From an uncultured Rhodospirillaceae bacterium (GTDB taxonomy: Bacteria; Pseudomonadota; Alphaproteobacteria; Micavibrionales; UBA2020), in NCBI GenBank assembly GCA_964458415.1, contig CAYWIT010000011.1, positions 11,739 through 75,738 of the forward strand: a stretch of 64,000 nucleotides of DNA. Reading direction: 5' to 3'. Below, one piece after another: positions 54,486-62,074 of this stretch. The translations under genes were made by a program, and so were the position numbers. Each line of letters starts with the position of its first letter. The stretch's first letter is position 1. The notes under the pieces are model-generated. The model ran no database searches and was not told the DNA's origin. It was given only the letters and a program-made list of their open reading frames with translations.

Positions 54486-54950
54486 ATGCTTCTTAAAAAT
54501 AGAACACATTCGTTTATCGCGGCAAGCGCCTTGTTTGCGCTGCTTCTCGGCAGCGGCTGCGCCCCCACGGTTGTGACGCGCGGCAATATGATTTCCGACG
54601 TGAAAATGCAAAAAATACAACCCGTCACATCCTCCCGTGCCGATGTGGAGCAGGCTTGGGGGCCGCCAACCAGCGTAGCCCCGTTTGACCAAAACACATG
54701 GTACTACATCGGGGAAACCACAACGCAGGAAGGCATCTTTGCACCGGAAGTTGAAAAAAGAAAAATGATCCGCGTTACGTTCGATCAAAACGACATGATC
54801 ACGGACATTGCCGAAATTTCACCCGATCAGGGCCGCAACATTGAAATCGTGGAACGCAAAACGCCTACCGCCGGCAAAGACTTTACAGTGTTGCAGCAAT
54901 TCATCGGCAACCTCGGTAAATACAACACAGACGACGGCAAAAACCGTTAA
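54486..54950 (+). CDS. bamE: outer membrane protein assembly factor BamE
   Basis: ORF 54480-54950. ATG at 54486. Lipobox LLLGSGC. SmpA/OmlA-like motifs RGNMISD...VEQAWGPP. Confidence 0.8.
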   Translation: MLLKNRTHSFIAASALFALLLGSGCAPTVVTRGNMISDVKMQKIQPVTSSRADVEQAWGPPTSVAPFDQNTWYYIGETTTQEGIFAPEVEKRKMIRVTFDQNDMITDIAEISPDQGRNIEIVERKTPTAGKDFTVLQQFIGNLGKYNTDDGKNR

Positions 54951-54971
54951 AACCCTGTAACTGGCGGGCAG

Positions 54972-57509
54972 TTAAAATCTGACCCCATACCCGAGACGAA
55001 CGACTGACTCGGTCGGTTTGAAGGTATCAATACCTGTTACATAGTCGACTGTATAATCATCGTAGTCCGTATAGGTATAATCCATCCTGACAAAAGTTTC
55101 CGCACTGGCAGCCACTTCTACACCGCCGCCAACACGCGTGCCATGAACGTTATCTTTTCTATGGACTTCATTCCCGCCGCGAACATAGTTAATATCAAAC
55201 TGGCTGATAACCTTCCCTGCCCGTCCGTACACCAGCGTTGTATCATTAAAGACATAGCCTGCCCGCACATCGCCGCCATAGGCCCATTCTTTCCGTGCGC
55301 TATAAACCCGCCCGGTCGGATCGCGCTTGAGATTCCAGTCAGCATAGCTCAACTCGCCCATACCCTCTAAGCCGAGATATACCGGACCGAAAGAATACCC
55401 ATACCCTGCAAAAGATCCGATATCTCCGCCATGGCCGGCACGATCAACGCTGAGATCCCCTCCTGCAACCCTGTTATTCCGCGCAGCAAAACCTCCATAC
55501 CCCAGATTTCCACCAAGATAAGCACCAGAAAAGTCATGCTTGAATGCAGGATTTTTTTCGTCTTTTACGCCCAGCCGATAGACCAGCCCCAGCCGCATCA
55601 TAACATCACTATTATCAAAATGATCCGTACCGGAGGGGATAATCAGGCCATAATCCTCATAGCTCGCATAGGTATAATCCATACGTACAAAAAGGGGATT
55701 GGACAAGGGCGCTTCGACACCGCCGCCAAACTGCAGCGCAAATTCATTATCCTCATGCGTGTAAATACTACCCGTTTTATCATAGTAAGTATCAAAGCCC
55801 GTCCAGCCGCCGCCAACATGTCCGAAATAAGAAACATTGTTGGGCTGCCGATAACCCGCACGAAGATGCAGGCTGGCGCTTTGCTTGCGCGTTACATCGA
55901 ATACACGGTCACCTGTCTCGATATGGCTCCAGTCAAAGTCACGAGAATTTTCAACCTGCCCCTCCCCTCCCAGAAACCAGTTCCCGAAAAAGCGATCATA
56001 ACCTGCGAACAGGCCGTAGACGGAGCCCTGATCTCCAAGGTCTGCTACTACCGTACCTCCGGCCCCACGCGGCCCGTCAAGCGAGGTGAACATCGTTCCA
56101 TGCCCCGACTGCGCGCCGAAAAAAAGACTGCCCTCTTCTCCCAGTCCCGCAGCCAGACCTTCCGGCCATTTCTTTGGATTAAGCTCCGCGGCAAGCTGTA
56201 GATAAACACGATTGTCATAGAAATCAAACCCCGCCTGATTTGAATCCCTGTGCGAGAAATCATAGCCCAGACTGCCGTAAATATGCGGTGTAAAATAATG
56301 CCGGACATTCACGCCTGTCCCGATCAGATAATCTTTTCTATCCACGTTATCATAGCCGTTTTCGGTATAATAAAAATCTGCGCCCAGCATGACTTCCTGC
56401 GAGAGATAGCGAAAACCGTCCACGGTGCCAGATGTGCTCAAATATCCTGACGATCCTGCCAGTGTTGTTTCCTTGATCCGCCGATCGAGATTAAAAGCCA
56501 GTCCGGAATACGCGTCCGGAGACCATGATATCTTCGCTCCGAAATCAGGATGGCGCGAGTCCGGCAAAGACGGATCATCATACATTTGCGCCAGAAATCC
56601 CCCCATAAACTCTACGGAGAGATTACGGTACGGCGTATATATCGCCCCGACATTCAGCGATCCCCCCTTCGAATCCCGATCAAGACCCGTATCGTCCACG
56701 GCATCTCCGTAATGGCGCCATCCCATCACATCCTGAACAAAAAGCTTTAGCGTATCCCGCACAGGTTTGACCAGACGAATGCCGAATTCGCTTTCCCGCC
56801 GGTCACGGTCATCATTGTTAATGGTCCCTGCAGATCCGGCAACGTCATCAAAATCATAGTCCTGAAACGTTGCCCCAAGCTGCACGCCCACGGCAGAAAA
56901 CTGCCGCTGATATCCGGCATAAACATCCGTCATGTCGTATTCCGTCGGAACAACCCCCAAGACATCGTCGGGGGATTCCCGTCCTTCATGCAGACGGTTG
57001 TACTGAACGCCGCCAAACAGCCGATGACGCGGCGCGATATCGATACGCCCATCCGCACCAACATAATAATCGTTGTAGTTTTCCTTGCCGTTCGTCCGAT
57101 AACGGCCAAGGGCGGCCCCCGTATAAAGATTCAGCGCGTTCTTGTCCCAGGCGGAACTCAAACCCAAATGAGGCTCGTAAACGGAAATAAAATCTGCCGT
57201 CGGCGTTACACGTGTATAAAAAATATTGTCATCATATATGCCGGTAACCGACATGGAAGGATCAAACCAGAAACTGCCAATTTTATAACGCCCCTGCGCA
57301 AGATCGTCGTCAGCCTGAGTTGCTGGAAAATTCCCCCGATTTTGCGTTTGCTTATCGTCACGATTCTGGTTTTTCTGCGTCTCTCCCGAGCGGGATTGCG
57401 TCGTGGCGGCAACATTCTGGGCATAAGCCGTCAACGGCAGGGAGAACAGAAAAACAATACAGGCTACGCCGGCGAGAAGTTCACCCTTCCACTTGAGATC
57501 GAAGATCAT
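54972..57509 (-). CDS. outer-membrane protein with three beta-barrel modules
   Basis: 845 aa with a signal peptide ending AYAQ. The N-terminal roughly 410 aa resemble the putative-beta-barrel-porin-2 type. Two tandem Omp25/OmpA-like 8-strand modules follow (aa 460-647 and 660-845), each ending FVRMDYTY..Y.DY. C-terminal GYGVRF. Confidence 0.65.
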   Translation of the reverse strand: MIFDLKWKGELLAGVACIVFLFSLPLTAYAQNVAATTQSRSGETQKNQNRDDKQTQNRGNFPATQADDDLAQGRYKIGSFWFDPSMSVTGIYDDNIFYTRVTPTADFISVYEPHLGLSSAWDKNALNLYTGAALGRYRTNGKENYNDYYVGADGRIDIAPRHRLFGGVQYNRLHEGRESPDDVLGVVPTEYDMTDVYAGYQRQFSAVGVQLGATFQDYDFDDVAGSAGTINNDDRDRRESEFGIRLVKPVRDTLKLFVQDVMGWRHYGDAVDDTGLDRDSKGGSLNVGAIYTPYRNLSVEFMGGFLAQMYDDPSLPDSRHPDFGAKISWSPDAYSGLAFNLDRRIKETTLAGSSGYLSTSGTVDGFRYLSQEVMLGADFYYTENGYDNVDRKDYLIGTGVNVRHYFTPHIYGSLGYDFSHRDSNQAGFDFYDNRVYLQLAAELNPKKWPEGLAAGLGEEGSLFFGAQSGHGTMFTSLDGPRGAGGTVVADLGDQGSVYGLFAGYDRFFGNWFLGGEGQVENSRDFDWSHIETGDRVFDVTRKQSASLHLRAGYRQPNNVSYFGHVGGGWTGFDTYYDKTGSIYTHEDNEFALQFGGGVEAPLSNPLFVRMDYTYASYEDYGLIIPSGTDHFDNSDVMMRLGLVYRLGVKDEKNPAFKHDFSGAYLGGNLGYGGFAARNNRVAGGDLSVDRAGHGGDIGSFAGYGYSFGPVYLGLEGMGELSYADWNLKRDPTGRVYSARKEWAYGGDVRAGYVFNDTTLVYGRAGKVISQFDINYVRGGNEVHRKDNVHGTRVGGGVEVAASAETFVRMDYTYTDYDDYTVDYVTGIDTFKPTESVVRLGYGVRF

Positions 57510-57541
57510 TATCAGGAACCTTACACTTAATGAGTAAAAAT

Positions 57542-57865
57542 TTACTCATTATAGCCAAAGCGATCCTGATTTTGCCAGCGGTTTCTCATCATATTTCCGG
57601 ACCCATCCTCGACATGAACACGGCTTCGTTCCTGCCGCTGTTCACGTGACTTTCGCGCAACATCATCGATTTCCCGCCCTTGATCCGGCTGATGGGTGCG
57701 CGCCCGCTCTTTCTGCTCGACACGTTCCTGCTGCTGCGCTTCATATTTTTTACGGTACTGCATATCAGCACCCCCACTGCCGCCGCCACGCGCCTGCGCG
57801 AACACAGGAGACATGACCGCGACAATGACCGCCGCCATCCATGTAATTTGAAATATATTTTTCAT
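57542..57865 (-). CDS. small secreted Q/E/R-rich protein
   Basis: ORF 57542-57904. Start MKNIFQITWMAAVIVAVMSPVFA at 57865 (signal peptide). Confidence 0.5.
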   Translation of the reverse strand: MKNIFQITWMAAVIVAVMSPVFAQARGGGSGGADMQYRKKYEAQQQERVEQKERARTHQPDQGREIDDVARKSREQRQERSRVHVEDGSGNMMRNRWQNQDRFGYNE

Positions 57866-57900
57866 CTTGCCATTCCTTTCTTTAAAAAAGAGGACTGGCA

Positions 57901-58299
57901 TCAATGATGACTGTGACCGTCCTCCAAGACTTCCTCACTATCATGTTCGTCCTGACCTTTCCAGTCATCCGACCAGCGTACCCCATATTTTCCATGGAAG
58001 ACATCGTCCTCTACTCCATGCTCGCTGTCCGTATGATCTTTATGGCCGGATCTTCCGCCTTGGTACTTTGGGCCCTTGCCTTTGCCGCCGGAATGCCCGC
58101 CTTCATGCGTGCTTCCTTCTTCGTGTGATCCATCCGCCTCATGCGTATCATGATGCCCACCAGAAGCTCCGGATCCGGCGTGCCCGGATCCGGCATGCCC
58201 GCCCTCTGCCCCTTTGGCAAAGGACAAGGCCGCCGGACCCGTCAAAAGCATCACAAAAGCAAAGGCCGCAACGAGCCCTGTTTTTCCGATATGCAACAC
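57901..58299 (-). CDS. secreted His/Gly-rich protein (putative metal-binding)
   Basis: Signal peptide ...ALSFA, then GGHAGSGHAGSGASGGHHDTHEADGSHEEGSTHEGGHSGG and a C-terminal DGHSHH. The RBS AAGGAGAGG overlaps the upstream stop. Confidence 0.55.
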   Translation of the reverse strand: MLHIGKTGLVAAFAFVMLLTGPAALSFAKGAEGGHAGSGHAGSGASGGHHDTHEADGSHEEGSTHEGGHSGGKGKGPKYQGGRSGHKDHTDSEHGVEDDVFHGKYGVRWSDDWKGQDEHDSEEVLEDGHSHH

Positions 58300-58307
58300 G
58301 CCTCTCC

Positions 58308-59480
58308 TTATTCTACGGAATCAGCCGGTACTGCATATTCATGGATGTAGTTGATCACCGCACGCGCATCATCCGCCGCCTGTGCAAAGCCATCAACACC
58401 CGAAGGGGAGCTATAGTCCTGCTCTTTGAAAACGGCATCATAAACATTGATTGTTTTCTCAACCCAATTATCCCCCTCCTTCACAAGAATAGTCGTCGTG
58501 ACATTCTCGTACACATCGGAGCGGTCATACGCGAAGGTGCTGTAATCAACATACTTGATATCATTCACGGCCGGAAGCGTCCCGTCAATGCCGAGGAAGC
58601 TATTGACATACACCACCTGATCAATAGACATCGGCTGCGTTTTGTCCGAAGCCGCCCCGATCAGACTTGCCGCCGTCAGATAATCCTGCGTCGTCAACTG
58701 ACCATCGTTCAAGTAAGCATAGTCACCCAAAACATCATTGCTCAGGGAAAGCCCCAAAGATCCGGTTTCAAGCAGCTTGACATAGAGGGCAAGATTTTCC
58801 AGCGGCGCGTCAATCGTTTTTGTCACGCCATCGACGACATAGGTCAAGCGGCCGGCCGCATCGATGGAAAGGCTCGTTGCGGAGTTCAGATTTGTTACAG
58901 CCTCGTTCAAACGCGCATCAAGTACATGCGATGGCGAGCGACCGACGTTGAGGCGTCCGATTTCGACTTCCACCACAGCATCCTCGATTGTTGGCGCCCC
59001 TTCTGCGTCCAGAGGGATAAGATTTCCATCTTTATCAAGCGGCTGAACAAACCCTTCCGGTGTCAAAACAGGCACGCCGTTCTCGTCACGAAGAATGACA
59101 TACATATCACCGAAAAGATCGCCTTTCTTGGCGCTGGGCTCGGTGTTTCCACGACCAGGCTTTCCATCGCGGCCCGGAACACCCGCCCACTCCGGCTTAT
59201 CCGAATCCTCTTCTTCGCCTTCTTCTGCTGCATGAATTACGTCTTCGGCGCTATGCCCACCTTTGCCTTTGGCACCATGATCCGCTGTTGCACCTTTGCC
59301 TTTGCCCGCACCGGCACTTTCGCCGGAATGCGCGCCCCCCTTGCCATCAGCACCACCAGCTTGTTCTGCTGCAACTGCCAAATTATAAGCATCGCCTGCA
59401 AAATTTGTACTCAGCGCATAAGCAGAAACTGCGGAAATAGCGACACCCGCAAGCATAAGTTTTTTAAGATGTGAGAACAT
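58308..59480 (-). CDS. secreted hypothetical protein (390 aa)
   Basis: Signal peptide MFSHLKKLMLAGVAISAVSAYA. G/K/A/H-rich N-terminal stretch followed by a globular domain. I recognise no family. Confidence 0.55.
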   Translation of the reverse strand: MFSHLKKLMLAGVAISAVSAYALSTNFAGDAYNLAVAAEQAGGADGKGGAHSGESAGAGKGKGATADHGAKGKGGHSAEDVIHAAEEGEEEDSDKPEWAGVPGRDGKPGRGNTEPSAKKGDLFGDMYVILRDENGVPVLTPEGFVQPLDKDGNLIPLDAEGAPTIEDAVVEVEIGRLNVGRSPSHVLDARLNEAVTNLNSATSLSIDAAGRLTYVVDGVTKTIDAPLENLALYVKLLETGSLGLSLSNDVLGDYAYLNDGQLTTQDYLTAASLIGAASDKTQPMSIDQVVYVNSFLGIDGTLPAVNDIKYVDYSTFAYDRSDVYENVTTTILVKEGDNWVEKTINVYDAVFKEQDYSSPSGVDGFAQAADDARAVINYIHEYAVPADSVE

Positions 59481-59762
59481 AAGAGATTCCTTTCAGGTTA
59501 TTTATCCGGATCTTTAAATCCGCTTTGACTTTCACCCGTGAAGCTATAACAGATGTTTTAAAAATCAAGCTTGCGTTATAAATATATTTATCTCCTATGA
59601 GCAAAATTTGCACAGTATCGAGAGGGCAAAATGAGCAGCCATTTACAGTAATTGGAAATTTACCCAATCCAGATTTTTATCAACCCATTGACAACAAAGG
59701 AAAAATAAATTTGGCATAATGCATGCATAGTCCTGCTTACAAACAACAATTTGAGGAAAAAA

Positions 59763-59936
59763 ATGGCTGGTTATTACAGAGTACACCTTGAGAACGAAGG
59801 CTTTAAGACCCCTGTCATCGTCTATGCCGCATCAGACGAACACGCCGTCCGTAAAGCCCTGAATGACATGTCCTATAAAATTCCGAACGCCCGCATTTTT
59901 GATATAGAAGGTCCTATCCGGGCTTTTCTGGAGTAA
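59763..59936 (+). CDS. hypothetical 57-aa protein
   Basis: ATG at 59763 preceded by GAGGA. A strong terminator follows 45 nt downstream. Confidence 0.4.
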   Translation: MAGYYRVHLENEGFKTPVIVYAASDEHAVRKALNDMSYKIPNARIFDIEGPIRAFLE

Positions 59937-59980
59937 ACGCCAGACATGATGAGTTTGTTTCTTTGCTAGACCCTCTGCCT

Positions 59981-60016
59981 GTGCCCCGGATTCTCCCCGG
60001 GGCACCATTTTTTTTA
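59981..60016 (+). terminator. intrinsic terminator
   Basis: GTGCCCCGG ATTCTCC CCGGGGCAC followed by CATTTTTTTT. Confidence 0.8.
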
Positions 60017-60026
60017 AAGAAGGACT

Positions 60027-60545
60027 TTACTTCAGCGTCTCAAGCCACTTGACGACAGCGGCACGATCTTCCGGCTTCTTCAGCCCCGCATACGTCATCT
60101 TCGTACCCGGAATATCTTTCTTCGGATTCCACAAAAATGCATTCATTGCATCAATATCCCAATTCCCGTCCTTGGCTTTCATCGCGTCAGAGTAGGCAAA
60201 CCCCTCATGCGAAGCTTTGGCCTTGCCGACAACACCAAACAAATTTGGCCCAACGCGATTTGCGCCGCCCTTGTCAAAACTGTGACAAGCGCTGCATACC
60301 TTGGCAAGCTTTTCGCCGTGAGCGACATCCGCCGCTGCCAGCAGATCCGTTATCGGTTCCGGCCCCTGTGGCGCCGCTGCAATTTCCCCACCCGCCACGG
60401 AAGATGCTTCGGCAACCTCAATCACATAAGAATTTTTCTCGAGCGTTTCCGGATGATACAGGCCGCGGCTGATCATTCCGGCAATCATCGCCGTAATCCC
60501 CGCCACAAGAACAGCTGCCAGCAACTTGTTAAATTCCATGTTCAT
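60027..60545 (-). CDS. membrane-anchored c-type cytochrome (CycM-like)
   Basis: N-terminal TM helix, heme site CSACH and a class I cytochrome c fold (GPNLFGVVG, KMTYAGL). Confidence 0.8.
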   Translation of the reverse strand: MNMEFNKLLAAVLVAGITAMIAGMISRGLYHPETLEKNSYVIEVAEASSVAGGEIAAAPQGPEPITDLLAAADVAHGEKLAKVCSACHSFDKGGANRVGPNLFGVVGKAKASHEGFAYSDAMKAKDGNWDIDAMNAFLWNPKKDIPGTKMTYAGLKKPEDRAAVVKWLETLK

Positions 60546-60598
60546 GATCGTTCCTTTTTATTTTTATTAGGCCTGCTTTAGTACCACATTATCCTTTT

Positions 60599-61114
60599 TT
60601 ACCCCTTGAATCCACCCGGTTTTCTTGATGCCGCGATGGGGTCTGTCGGCTGAAAATCAACATCCCAAGGGAAGTATATCCATGTATCCTGACTTACCCA
60701 TGTCACATACGTTTCGACGAGAGGCTCCCCCGCTGGTTTTGCATAAACCGTCGCAATATGTGCTTTGGGCAGCATTTGCCGCAGGACTTTGACTGTATTT
60801 CCGGTATCGACCAGATCATCGACAACCAGCCAGCCCTCCCCATCGCCGATCAAATCCTTGTCAATATCCTTCATCACGCGTAGCTCGCGCTGGGTTTTAT
60901 CATCATAGCTGGATACGCCAATGGTCTCGATAACCTTGATTTCAAGCTCCCGCGCAATAATCCCGGCCGGAATAAGTCCGCCCCGCGTAATCGCGATGAT
61001 CCCCTTCCATTCTTCGCGCTTTTCCACCAGACGCCAGGCCAGCGCCTTGCTGTCCCTGTGGAATTGATCCCATGAAACGATAAAACGTTTCGGGACTGTG
61101 GCTGCTTCTGTCAT
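60599..61114 (-). CDS. gpt: xanthine-guanine phosphoribosyltransferase
   Basis: PRPP motif LVVDDLVDTGNT, WIYFPWD. 171 aa. Confidence 0.85.
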   Translation of the reverse strand: MTEAATVPKRFIVSWDQFHRDSKALAWRLVEKREEWKGIIAITRGGLIPAGIIARELEIKVIETIGVSSYDDKTQRELRVMKDIDKDLIGDGEGWLVVDDLVDTGNTVKVLRQMLPKAHIATVYAKPAGEPLVETYVTWVSQDTWIYFPWDVDFQPTDPIAASRKPGGFKG

Positions 61115-61212
61115 GAGTCGGGCTCCATTCCTAAATAAGGATGATTTATATCCTGATTTACTCTTAGATAAAAGAGCCCCTCTATGCTATTTTTTAAAAT
61201 TCAGGAGAATAA

Positions 61213-61647
61213 ATGCAGATAGAACCCTGGCTTCCACCATCGATTTTAGCCCTCTTCTTGTGGGGCATCTCTGTTTTTCTGCCCAAACTGGCGGTAAGCC
61301 GGATGGGCACGATGAGCCTGATCGTTTATCTTGCCGTTTTCTATTTTCTTTCCGCCGTCGGCATTCTGCTCTTTTACGGCAGATTGCCCGCATTTCAGAC
61401 GGACGGGGCATTTCTAAGCATCCTTATTGGCATTATCGGCACCTTGGGACAATGGTGCCTTGTCATCTCGCTTCGTAACGGTATGGTTACCTATGCCGTT
61501 CTTGTATCATCGTTCTATCCTGTCGTCACGCTCCTGCTGGCGCAGATTTTCCTGCACGAAGAACTTACTATGCGACAAGGCATCGGCGCCGTCCTCGCTC
61601 TGGCTTCTCTGGTTTTACTGGTGATGGCGCAAGATGAAAAAAAGTAA
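61213..61647 (+). CDS. half-size EamA/DMT family membrane protein
   Basis: 144 aa, about 5 TM, single EamA-like repeat. LFLWGISVFLPKLA is paralogous to the next ORF. Confidence 0.6.
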   Translation: MQIEPWLPPSILALFLWGISVFLPKLAVSRMGTMSLIVYLAVFYFLSAVGILLFYGRLPAFQTDGAFLSILIGIIGTLGQWCLVISLRNGMVTYAVLVSSFYPVVTLLLAQIFLHEELTMRQGIGAVLALASLVLLVMAQDEKK

Positions 61648-62074
61648 GAAGCAACAAGATTTTCTAAGCTGGTTTCTTCCTGCATTCGGGGCATTGCTCT
61701 GCTGGGGCATCTGGGGATTCCTGCCCAAGCTGGCGCTGCAAACGCTTTCACCGCCCGATATCGTGTTTTATGAATCCCTTGGCAATCTGGCCGTTGCCGC
61801 CCCTTTATATTTTATATTTTTAAAGCGACGTATCGAAAAAGACCGCCGCAGCATCGTTTTCGCCGGACTTACCAGCCTGCTGACCGTCATTGCCATTCTG
61901 GCTTATATTCAGGCGCTCAGCATGGGCCCTGTTTCCATTATCGCGCCGCTGGCCGCGCTTTATCCGGTCATCAGCATCGTTCTGGCCTGGGTATTCCTCA
62001 AGGAAAGGATCAACCGGTTGCAAATGGTAGCCATCGTTTTATCCATGGCATCAATCATATTATTGGCCAGTTAA
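61634..62074 (+). CDS. half-size EamA/DMT family membrane protein
   Basis: 146 aa, about 5 TM. LLCWGIWGFLPKLA. Overlaps the previous gene by 14 nt. Confidence 0.6.
   Translation: MKKSKKQQDFLSWFLPAFGALLCWGIWGFLPKLALQTLSPPDIVFYESLGNLAVAAPLYFIFLKRRIEKDRRSIVFAGLTSLLTVIAILAYIQALSMGPVSIIAPLAALYPVISIVLAWVFLKERINRLQMVAIVLSMASIILLAS

Noticed and set aside
57529-57550. AATGAGTAAA-AA-TTTACTCATT inverted repeat as a terminator between the small secreted-protein gene and the OMP gene
   Set aside because: The stem is entirely AT-rich with no T-run. It is mentioned only as context in the cluster finding.
57867-59474. 535-aa plus-strand ORF covering the secreted-protein genes
   Set aside because: The product is Arg/Ile/Cys-rich junk with no signal or motif, and it crosses the boundary of two well-formed minus-strand genes that have signal peptides and coupled RBSs.
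59688-59720. TTGACA ... CATAAT as a sigma-70 promoter for the 57-aa ORF
   Set aside because: The hexamers are 21 nt apart, and the alternative ATAAAT is only 11 nt away. Neither spacing fits, so no promoter is called.
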